Shown here piece by piece: positions 42,720-52,689 of a stretch of DNA of 64,000 nucleotides. Each line of letters opens with the position of its first letter. Within the stretch, counting starts at the first letter, position 1. The position numbers and the translations under genes are program-made. The stretch is from Amphiscolops sp. MND2022 (Eukaryota), in contig OZ076413.1 of the NCBI GenBank assembly GCA_964187785.1, positions 50,408,001-50,472,000 of the forward strand. Direction: 5' to 3'. The notes beneath the pieces are model-generated. The model was not told the origin of the DNA, did no database searches, and worked only from the letters and a program-made list of their open reading frames with translations.

Positions 42720-43218
42720 GCTTCTGAAAGCGACAATTCGTCCCAAACGGCGATTCGTTCCTAATTCCAAAAAGCGACAATTCGTTCCAGGCGTCAATTT
42801 GTTCATTAAGAAAAGGCGACAATTCGCCGTTTATATTAAAAGCTGCTATTAATAATGAATCCGGAAGTATTACATTTAATTGATTATTACATTCAAGACA
42901 CTTTTATTTTTGTGCTAAGGTTGAAGTAGCGGGACACTAATCAGTAATCTAAGAACGTGAATAGAACGTGGGGTGAAATGAATTTGGGGTGAAATGAATT
43001 TGGGTTGAAATGATATGGGGTGAAATAATATGCGGTGAATTGATATGATGAAATGATAGTGAACCGTGACTAAATGTACTCATTTGTAGTTTATTTATTC
43101 AATTCTTTTCTTTCAATCTTCAAAAGGTTATTAGCTGATCAATTATTAATTTGGGACGCATTGTCGCTTTTTGTAATTTGGGACGAACTGTCGGTTGGGC
43201 CAAATTGTCGCCCAAACC
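42720..43218. mobile_element. MITE-like element with imperfect inverted termini built from GCGACAATTCGTCCCAAA motifs; contains a GGGGTGAAATGA(ATTT) mini-array at 42970-43066
   Basis: Left gcgacaattcgtcccaaa..aaaaagcgacaattcg versus right ttgggacgcattgtcgctttt..ttgggacgaactgtcg..aattgtcgcccaaacc. Confidence 0.65.
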
Positions 43219-43255
43219 TCGCCGCTGACGTAAAAAATGCATTGCTTCAAAAAGT

Positions 43256-44956
43256 TCAGAAACCAACTTTCCATACCTCAATGGTTGAACAGTAGCTGCA
43301 ATGCCTCGCTTGGGTTCGGTAGTATTCCCGCATGAAATTAGCCTCTTCCATAGTTCGAGGATACGCCATAACTGCATTTCTTGAATTGCAGTCTTCTTTT
43401 TGATTATGAAAGTTTCTCTCAATATTATCTTTTATCAGCATCAAACACATTCTGAATAGCCAGTTAAAATCACCGCCTGACTCATCACAAGATAGTCTCG
43501 GATCTTGATGTTGGGTGCCGATAGCGCCTTGAAGATTTTGCCTTGTGGTCGTTGACAGAGAACGAAATTGTTGAACATTGAACTGGACTTTTGAGAATTT
43601 GTCAAACGTCTTTGGAATTGATAGAAGCGTTGAGAATGAAAAGCCTGTGCTCAATATTGAGAGAAACAATACAGCAAAAAGCAAGCACACGAGCATCATA
43701 TTTCTGTTCTTCCACTGATTTTCCCTTGCGGTATTCTCCTTAGATCCACCTGTACATCCATTGATTACGTAACTTGTATCGGGTATTACATGAAGTGCAA
43801 CCTCATCAACATCGTCAGAGATGGTGGCGTCACAAAAACATGACATAGTTGTGTCGGCCACTGACTGGAAAATGTGTTGAAGTTTTTGTTTATATGGCGC
43901 GCACACTATTATCATGAGAATTGGAGTTACTTGTAAATATATTTTGTTCAACAGGCTGGCGCAGAAGTAAATTGTTTTAAATGTTGAACCCCAAGTCCTC
44001 AAATGTGAGCTTCGAAGGCTAACAATGTGATAGGGCGTACAAAGAACGAGAGAAACAAGCCAAATACCAGCCATGATTCGGGTCAAAATTTTATTCTGCT
44101 TCTGTCGAGTCTTCATGTTTTCGAGTACAGTGAACATTTTCCGATATAACACAAACGTTATCATGGTCGGTATTGCGAAATATGCAATGGCTACAACAAC
44201 TGTTTGTGAGATTGTAACTTCTTTTGAGAATTGGAAAAACTCAACGTTTCGCGTTCCACCATCAACATCCAATTCTTCGCTTTGCGATGAAGAGCTAGCA
44301 AAACTCACGGTTAGAAAGGCCAACATTGGCAATATCATAGCAACAGAAAGTATGAGGCATTGGACTTTATTCCAAGACTTCGATAGATATGTTTTGTAAG
44401 TAAAAGGTCTGCAAGTAGCCAAGTATCTTTCGATCGCCATTGATAAGGACCCTATGCTGATTGCATACTTTGTGAAATGTTTCTCCATGAACATGACTGT
44501 TTTGGAAAACCCATTAAGGTTATATCCATTCATGAAGTACGTTCTGATGAGAGAAATCAATTTGCCGTCATGGCTGAATGTACCAGTAACAGGGCTCACT
44601 TTTGCAAGCATGGTTACAATCAGCTCGTTAAAGAAAGCCAGATTTGAGATAACACCCACTACCGCTTGTGCAACGATTGGGAAGAAAGTACAACTTCTCA
44701 AATCCTTAACGGAAAGAGTGAAATAAATCAGGAGAGAGTTCAAAGCAAAACTGGGGCCTGAGATTAGAAACGCGAGCCACATGTAACATTGTTCAAGTAA
44801 AAGAGAAGCTGAGCTGGGTGTGATTAAGTTTTTGAAGAACTCTTTGTCCAATTCACTGATGTTTTTTTCTTCACCTGTCATTATCATAATACCATCAGAG
44901 TTCGTCATAGGGAAAGATTGGTTCATCAGCCATGGGTTGTAAAGTTCATTATCCAT
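43256..44956 (-). CDS. Rhodopsin-like (class A) 7TM receptor with an 8th hydrophobic helix and a truncated C-type-lectin-like C-terminus
   Basis: Uninterrupted ORF, first ATG at 44956. TM1 GPSFALNSLLIY; TM3 SMAIERYLATCRPF; TM5 YFAIPTMITFVLY; TM6 IWLVSLVLCTPYHI; TM7 YLQVTPILMIIVCAPYKQKL; extra helix MMLVCLLFAVLFLSILSTGF; CTLD-like C..RMCLMLI..RNFHNQKEDCNSRNAVMAYPRTMEEANFM..WKVGF. Confidence 0.88.
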   Translation of the reverse strand: MDNELYNPWLMNQSFPMTNSDGIMIMTGEEKNISELDKEFFKNLITPSSASLLLEQCYMWLAFLISGPSFALNSLLIYFTLSVKDLRSCTFFPIVAQAVVGVISNLAFFNELIVTMLAKVSPVTGTFSHDGKLISLIRTYFMNGYNLNGFSKTVMFMEKHFTKYAISIGSLSMAIERYLATCRPFTYKTYLSKSWNKVQCLILSVAMILPMLAFLTVSFASSSSQSEELDVDGGTRNVEFFQFSKEVTISQTVVVAIAYFAIPTMITFVLYRKMFTVLENMKTRQKQNKILTRIMAGIWLVSLVLCTPYHIVSLRSSHLRTWGSTFKTIYFCASLLNKIYLQVTPILMIIVCAPYKQKLQHIFQSVADTTMSCFCDATISDDVDEVALHVIPDTSYVINGCTGGSKENTARENQWKNRNMMLVCLLFAVLFLSILSTGFSFSTLLSIPKTFDKFSKVQFNVQQFRSLSTTTRQNLQGAIGTQHQDPRLSCDESGGDFNWLFRMCLMLIKDNIERNFHNQKEDCNSRNAVMAYPRTMEEANFMREYYRTQARHCSYCSTIEVWKVGF

Positions 44957-45199
44957 TCTATAATTAACTTGAAAAGAAGCGTACCGTTCAAGGATTGACG
45001 AACAGCTGTGTGAGTAATCTGTCAAACAAAAAATTTATGGTTACCAGAGTTTCCTGCATCCGGCTGATCAAAGTCTGGGCCCTAAACTTGACCATTCAAA
45101 CCAAACAAATTTCACTACACGAGGATGCCAAGTTGGAATCAGATGCGGTCCAAAGTATGGTAACCAAGAATAATGGGACTTACTTTTGAAATATTTTGT

Positions 45200-45830
45200 A
45201 TTTCAATCTAAAGTTGTCTCAATTTTTAGCGTCATGAAAAGCGAACGTCGTGCCATCCGACCATTTTTTAATGAGCTCTCCTTTCTATAACTAACAAAGT
45301 TACGTTGATTGCAATCCATTTTGGCTTTATTAGACCGTTTTCTGAGGCTTGTACAAGCTTCGGGACTCTTGTTGCGTCCCATGGACCGAAGGTCCATTCT
45401 ACCACTTGACCCGTTCTCCAGATCTCCGACTATTTTTGAACATGGGGTAGGACTTTCTGAGCTTTGACAGAATCTATCGCTTGTGAAATCTGGAAATAAA
45501 ATACATCTTTATCTCAATCAATCTTCCGGACATTGCGCTAACTAATTCTGAGTTTAATAACCTGGCTGTGTAAGTTGTCCTCCCACTGTTTTCCGTACAA
45601 GTTGTATCAGATTACGATCTAAAACCCTCTTCGAAAGGGTTTGTATTTTCGAGTAGCCCTCGCGACACTAGTTCCGTTTCTCTGTCCCTTGAAATTGAAT
45701 AGATTTCACACTGGTTTTGTGGGAAATTTTCAATCATTACAATCATATCGTCTAAATCAGATGTTAAGTCTGATTGGCGAGAGCGCTGTTCCATGGTTTT
45801 ATAATTTCTAGTTGACGTCATCACAAAGTA
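45200..45830 (-). mobile_element. Decayed relative of the MPSTRK short-ORF repeat
   Basis: MTSTRNYKTMEQRSRQSDLTSDLDDMIVMI resembles MPSTRKQKKARKSRGLEMFSNIGNLDIMI. Confidence 0.45.
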
Positions 45831-46000
45831 TTAGTGCTAAGGAGCGAATTCTTGATTTGAATAGGCAAATAGCAATCAACGGTGAAGTATAATAGAGCTA
45901 AAAATTTCTACCAAAAAAGGACCACAGTGTTACATCACCCTTGATTCAGGCTATAAGGAGCAGTTCCTCATCAGTTCCAAGAAAATCCGAAAAGGAACCT

Positions 46001-47197
46001 CCCAGTGACACGAATCTTGGTAGCCTTGCCAAGATCTTGGAAAAACATGGAAACGCATGGTAGGCTTACCAAGACGCATGGAAAAACATGATGCATGCTA
46101 CGCTTGGTAAGATCTTGGCAAGATCTTGGCAAGATCTTGACAAGCGTTCCATGTGGAAATGCTTGCCAAGATCATTGCAAGATCTTATCAAGATCTTGGC
46201 AAGCAAATGATATGAAGATCTCTTCTTCAGAAAAACTGAAAAAAACTTGTTTAACCCAATCTAATTGTCATTACATTTAGAAGAATTATGTTGCGCATAT
46301 CAAATATGATGGCAACATCTTAACAAGGCTAGAAGAACTAATTCTAAGTCAAAAAACGCAGTTTACGCTCTACTCTAGGTATCGTTACACCTTGAACCAA
46401 AGTCAATATGAATTAAGGATGTACCTAGAACGTTCCTAGAAACAAATCAGAGAGGGGAAGCTATAATTATCGCAAAGTTATTGGAACATTCAAGCTTTTT
46501 CCAGATCAACACTACTGTTTTCGAGTATCGCAATTTTTGTTTTTTACGTAGTTTTTCATGTTTCATGTTTTGAAATGTTTCCAGGTACATGCGACAACTT
46601 CAGCATTGTCCCCTGTAGTGCTTGAACTGCTCAGATCTCGAAGACTGCCATCAGAACTCATTCTTTGTTTAATGGATAATATATCTCCAGCTTTCGAAGT
46701 TTTGCAAATTGTGTTGCTGTCCGTGGAAGAAACAAACTCCATTTGTCAAACTTTCGCATGATTTTCCAATTTTCTTTGGTGCTGCAACTACAATACTTAC
46801 TGTTATAATATTTGAAAATCGAAACAATTAAATTTTGGTTATTCCAGTTTTCGAAAATATTCAATATAAAATCTCAAATGGCTCAAAAACACACGTAGAA
46901 CGTATTAAGCTTTGCAAGTTACAACGAAAATCTTGGAATGCTTTGCAAAATGCATGAAAAAATCCTGGTTGGATTGGCAAGATGGATAGAAAAATCTTGG
47001 TATGCTTGGCAAGACACATGGAAAAGCTTGGTAAGATACATGGAAAATCTTGGTACGCTTGGTAAGACGCATGGTCAGCCTTGCCATGATCTTGCATGAT
47101 CATGGTAGCCTTGGTAAGATCTTGGCAAGATCTTGCCAAGATCTTGGCAAGCATACCCATGCATCTTGGCAAGCGTGCCAAGATTCGTGTCACTGGG
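46001..47197. mobile_element. Non-autonomous TIR DNA transposon (EnSpm/CACTA-like)
   Basis: Perfect 20-bp TIR CCCAGTGACACGAATCTTGG / CCAAGATTCGTGTCACTGGG. CT on both flanks (45999-46000, 47198-47199). Dense subterminal AAGATCTTGGC repeats at both ends. Confidence 0.88.
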
Positions 47198-48919
47198 CTG
47201 CCTTTTAGGTCAAGTGTTTGCTACATGTTACTTGGAATGAACACTATACAACGAATGATGTGCGTGGCAACGCAAGCAAATGCGTGAAACGGACTTGTAA
47301 TACGAACGGCCACATTAATGAATGCAGGTGATTGGTTTATACTTTGCGCGGACAACGCATGATATCTACAACACTTGTACCTGAGGATCCATTGTGATCA
47401 AGATGCTAATCTGAGTCCCCGTTATTTCATTGACTAATTTCAGCAGCCTTAATTACCACCTTCGTTATAAATTAATTGCCACTTTCGAGAAAATAAGTAC
47501 TTCAACTGGTGCATTCAAGACACATCCTTCTCTTTTCTTTCTCATTTCAACTACCTTCTGTAGTAACCGCTCTGGTTCGAAATTCTCCATATCGGTACAC
47601 GATTTCTTTTTTCTGTACTAATCACATCGACGAAATTCGACTCCTTTTGCCGGTACACCAACTTTTTGTACAAATCACATAAAGTGATTCGCCATATTTG
47701 TTGGTACAGATTCGTCTCTTCTTTACTCTCCATTATTCTAAAGTGATTCAATATCGTAGTCGGTACAAAATTCAAGCCAAACCCTTCTAAATTAATTTTT
47801 TTGGTTCGACATTTCTTCGCTACTTGCTTTCCTACTAACCAAATTGATTCGACATTCTTGTCTCTATACACTCCTTCTGTTCTAAGCAAATCATTTTTAG
47901 TTCAACTTTTCCGTTGGTACAAAACCATACTTCAAACCCAATTCTATTTAAAACAATTCAAATGATTCCTTGAAAGTAAGGTAAATTCCGTATTTTCATG
48001 GTTTTGTTATATAGTTTTGGCCTAATTGCAATGGTGCTTTCGTCGTCTACAGATCCATTCTTGACTCCATCCCACGCTAACTTAATCATTCTCAATGTTT
48101 CTAACTGAAAAGCTTGCTAAAATAATCCCCTTTAACTATATACATTTTATACATTTTATACAATTTTGCTTCTCATTGAAAAAATTGCAGCTTCCCTTTT
48201 TCACTAACTGTTCCTCTCTCAACCTTTTTTCCGCATTCCCTTCCCTTCTACTACTCTTTCCACATCGATACTTAAACTTCAACTCCTTTCTCACACACTT
48301 TTGTTCCTTCATTCCTTTCTTACTAATCCTCCATCAACCATCCAATTATCTTTTCTCGCCAATATTTTATGTTTCTCCATATCCTAACCTTTAAACCGTA
48401 CCTCGCAATAACACAACTTTTAATTACTACCTCTTTTATCAATCTCTCTCTAACATTTTTTTTCATACACAACTCTTCTTCTTTCCTCAAACTCTCTTCT
48501 TTAAAGTCCACGAGTTATTCTATCCTCTACCTACTAAACCATCCATTCACCCTACCATCATTATGCACCCACTCGAGAAGCCCTTGCGGTTCATGCCCGC
48601 ACCTGCCCTGGCTTGCCAGAAAACCGAAAAAGGCAACTCTATGACGAATTCCGAGATACAACTCCGCCACCTAAAAAACGTAAGGGTTCCAATTACTCGT
48701 TCTTGACTCGTTTTGACAATTGACAAACGACAACCTCTTTTTTTTGTAATTGTGAATGGAATGAAAATAGTTTGTCAAATCGAGCATCACGTGGATCAAT
48801 CTACAATGTATACCATTTTACAAAGTTTTGGAGAATCTAAAAAAAGTATTATTTTTGTAACTTGTGGAAAACAATCAGATTTATGCTTGTATATTGTATG
48901 TATAGGTATGGTTTTTTAA

Positions 48920-51900
48920 TTGCCTTCTTCATCTCGTATAAATCAAAAAGCTATCTTTAGGTTTCCCGTACCAGATTGCAACTACGTTGCTGGAAGAAAA
49001 TGGCATTTAACCCGTCATCTTCCGGCATGCAAAAGTGTCAGCAAGCAGGAACAACTTGCTCAGAATTTGACGTGCAATAAATGTGGTCAGATTTTCACGA
49101 CCAAAAAAAGTAAAGAGCGCTATCAAAGAAGAGCCAATTACTGAACGAAACAACAAGAAAAGATTGCTGCTGGCGAAGAAGCCAGAATATACCAACACCG
49201 TTAGTGATAAGATTGTTTCCAGGATTCTGTTTATTCGTGTTTTGAAATTTTTTCTGGTCTTGAAACGACTATCGTACGGAAAAAAAACAAAATTATGGAA
49301 CAAATTTTTATTTTCTGATGTGAAAGAGAAGTTCTGAAAACACAAACTTTTTGGAAAAATTTTTGGGTCCAATCATGGGCCATACTATGAATACAAAATT
49401 CAAGAAAAAAAAAGATTTTGAAATTTCAATTGAAAAACTGCCTTTGAAATTACAGAAGCTGCGAGAAGAAAAAGAAGAAGCGTTCACTTCCGCATTTCGT
49501 GTGGGATATCATTTGGGTACGGATACAGCCTGAGGAACCACATAGCTAGATCAATCCCATGTAAAATCGCTCAACGACCGATGCCCCTGGATTTGATATT
49601 CAATTCTGGAACTACAGCGGCCCCATTAGGCACCCAGGAGCACTTTGCTTTTTGCGAAAACGTGCCTCTAGAATGTGGATTTTCCTTCGCTGAGTGGCAG
49701 GGTCCCCATGACAACCAAACCGAACAACTTGGTCACCTTCTTCGACATGGTGTCTCATTGATTTGGCAAATGGAGCCAAAGCACTGCAGCGGACTGAAAG
49801 TCCCTAAGTTCTCCGCGAAAAAAGGATTCGTGGCGGAGATCAAACGGCTTCTACGACAGGCCAACCTTGCTGAACCTGATGCCCCAACTGAAATCAAGTC
49901 AGCCAGAATCGGAGAGGTGGAAAACATTTTTACTCGTTTGAACTATGTTTAGCATTTAATGAAAAACAAACTTAGTTGTTCCAAAACAGAAACCATGGGT
50001 ATCCCCTTCGAGCAAAGATCTGCAATGTATTAAGATTTGTGTTTCCACGTCATATGTTTAAAGATATGTCCTTGTTTTCCGCAATGCTTTTATTGAGCAA
50101 ATCAATTTAAACTAAAAAACTGGAAACCAGGGTATTTGTGATAACGCGCAACCATGTGTATACCACTTTGAGTGGAAGTTCGCAATGTATTAGGATTTTG
50201 TATTTGGTTTCCGCGTTATATGTGTAAAAATATGGTCTTGTTGTCCGCGATGCATTTTTTAAGCAAGTCAATCTATAATGAAAAATTGTGATAACCGGGA
50301 CAGTTCATTATGTCGAGTTCGTTTTGGTACCAATAGAGGGCTGATCTACCTGTGACAAGTACACTCTTGATAACATGAATTTGGAAACATGAACTTTGCC
50401 TAGCATCAGCATTTAATAGGAAGTTTTTACAGACACGAGAAATGACGTACAGCGAGTTGTTCACTGAGTTGGCCATTTGTCATCCAGGCCGTCGACATCA
50501 CCCGTTAAACGTCATCGACGTCAGGACACTCCCCAAGGCCATATACACAGTACCCGAGATGGTGGTTAACAACTCTTTTAACCATTTGGACGACAGGGAG
50601 ATCGCAAATTCGAGAACAGAGTTTTACTCTCGTTCTACTTCCTACTATGTCCTGGTCAGTCAAGATTCTGCGCACACGACGTGGCATCAGGATTACACTT
50701 CGACGTCTGTGTTTTACGCTGTTCTAACAGAAGAGAGAATTTTCTTTTTGGTGGAACCGTCGAAGAAAAATCTCAGCATTTTTGGAAGATGGTCGAATGC
50801 TGAGAACAACATTACGTAAGTAGTAAAACTATCTAGCTCACCAACTTTCTTGTCTTCAAAAACACTGTTCTATTTTAAAAAAACAATCATAATTTTTGAT
50901 TACCATTTTTAGTGATGGAAAACAACACACCGCAATCATTTAACGTCTCTTTTCAATTGAAAAAACTTTTTCTAGTTCACTTTTCTTGATGTCGAGAAAT
51001 TTGAAAAACAACTTCGATGTACTTTCAGGCCAACATTCTTCGGAAACACCGACCAGCTGGAAGAGGGATGTTTGCGGTTGCATGTCACGGCAGGAGATGT
51101 TCTAATCATGCCCGAAATTTTCCCTCGCTTTGTTCTTACAAAAGGCAATGCTATTTCGTTGGGAATGAGATTTCCTGGCGTTCGGGCATCTGCCCATGAT
51201 AAGCCATTCAATCATCGTCAAGTTCCCGGAACGAACCGATGACAAGTTCCCTGATCTTCCAGGGATGTTGGTACTTCTGATGTACCGTACTGCCGAAAAG
51301 CTGTGCCCTCGACTCCGTCGACGCCTTGTGTCGATGTACAGCACAGTGCAATCAATATACAATGAACACGCCGCCCGCGAAGTAAGATTATTAAGCCTTC
51401 AGTCTTGTTTAGAAACAAAACCTTTTTTTCCATTTTCAGTCATTTCCATTGTGGTTCCAATCGGGAATCAATTTCTAGTTCTTGCTTTTTAAAGACTTCA
51501 AAACACACGTAAGTCATTTTCTACATTCATGACTGATAATAATGAAAGTAAAACACAACTGAGTGAATTTCGTCCTTCTAAGTCAATAGGTTCATGATAT
51601 GCATGAACTATACCATGAATATTTTAGATTTTTCAATTGAAAGTTTTCTCTCCAGCTTGAAGTTCAGTTTTTTCCAAGCTTTAGAGCATTACTTAGAGCG
51701 TAAATTAGAGATTTTTACGTTTTACAGATGCTACCCAATTTCAATCCTGAAAGACTTCACATCGTATTGGGCAAAAAAAGCTTCAGTGACGCTCCGTGAG
51801 CCTCCTCGCAATAATTCAAGCGGGCATTCCGAATAGAATACCGCCCCAGTAAGGCTCTTACTGTACCAGACTATGTGCCTATTGCACCTGACCCCTGCAC

Positions 51901-52000
51901 GAAATTCTACGAGGAAGTAATGACGACAACGGATTTACTATAACTCGAGTCAAAACCCGCAATGATGGTTACCCATGTTAAAGGCAAAGGAAGAACTGTC
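48920..52000 (+). pseudogene. Spliced gene: three C2H2/C2HC zinc fingers plus a KDM2/KDM7-type JmjC domain, decayed
   Basis: Fingers PDCNYVAGRKWHLTRHLPAC, CNKCGQIFTTKKSKERY, SCGISFGYGYSLRNHIARSIPC. JmjC GLKVP..IGE|TREMTYSELF..LNVID..YYVLVSQDSAHTTWHQDYTSTSVFYAVLTEERIFFLVEPS..NIT|PTFFGN..CLRLHVTAGDVLIMPEIFPRFVLTKGNAISLG. Frame-preserving introns at 49917-50432 and 50816-51028. Confidence 0.85.
49985..50380 (+). repeat. ~160-180 bp repeat, cluster 1 (inside JmjC-gene intron)
   Basis: GCAATGTATTA.GATTT core at ~50021 and ~50181, then tail module TTTTGGTACCAAT...GTGACAAGT. Confidence 0.9.
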
Positions 52001-52239
52001 TTGCCGGCGAAATTGGTGTCCCCTTGTTGCTGCTAATACGGGAATCCGCTCAATCTCCCTTGAACTAGATCTCTTGGATTTAGATTGAATTGTAGATGCA
52101 GATAGAGCTATTCATTATCATTGAAAAAATGACAATAAAAATTGCAACAAAATACCTTAGAACCCATTTTATTCAGCGACAAGCGCAAGGAGTTTCATGT
52201 GAAAATTAATTGAAAAACATACTCAAACCTTCAAAACAT

Positions 52240-52565
52240 GCTTTGAAACGTTTGGACGTCTATCCCTTTGAGTGAAAGTTCCCAATGTATTAGGATTTCT
52301 GTTTGATTTCCACGCCATGTGTTTAAAGACATGGTCTTATTTTCCGCAATGCATTCTTTGAGCAAGTCATACTTTTCTCAAAAACCGTGGAAACCAGGAC
52401 TTTTGTGGTAACGCGCAATCATGTGTATATCCCTTTCAGTGAAAGTTCGCAATGTATTGAGATTTCTGTTTGGTTTCGACGTTATGTGTTTAAAGATATG
52501 GTCTTATTTTCGCATTCGCTTCTGGCAGCTTGGAAGATGATTCTAAAATACGTGGAAACCAGGAA
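52240..52565 (+). repeat. ~160-180 bp repeat, cluster 2 (between convergent genes)
   Basis: Cores at ~52281 and ~52448; GTGGAAACCAGG; AAAGA.ATGGTCTT. Confidence 0.9.
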
Positions 52566-52689
52566 AAATGAAAATTCGCCGAAAGGGAGCCTAATTTTGT
52601 GTGCTTTTTGTTACTAATCAATGACATGTAAAACATTTCCTTGGTTTCGTAGGAGCATCACAAAAAACCTAACAAAACTTTTAAAAAAT

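Noticed and set aside
44073..44726. Plus-strand ORFs overlapping the receptor
   Set aside because: Antisense shadows of the GPCR coding sequence.
46095..47287. ORFs such as MLRLVRSWQDLGKIL and MTRILARLPRC
   Set aside because: Translations of the AAGATCTTGGC subterminal repeats of the TIR element.
48920..52000. Convergent partner as RAG2-like
   Set aside because: No kelch repeats or PHD finger are visible; the motifs are zinc finger and JmjC.
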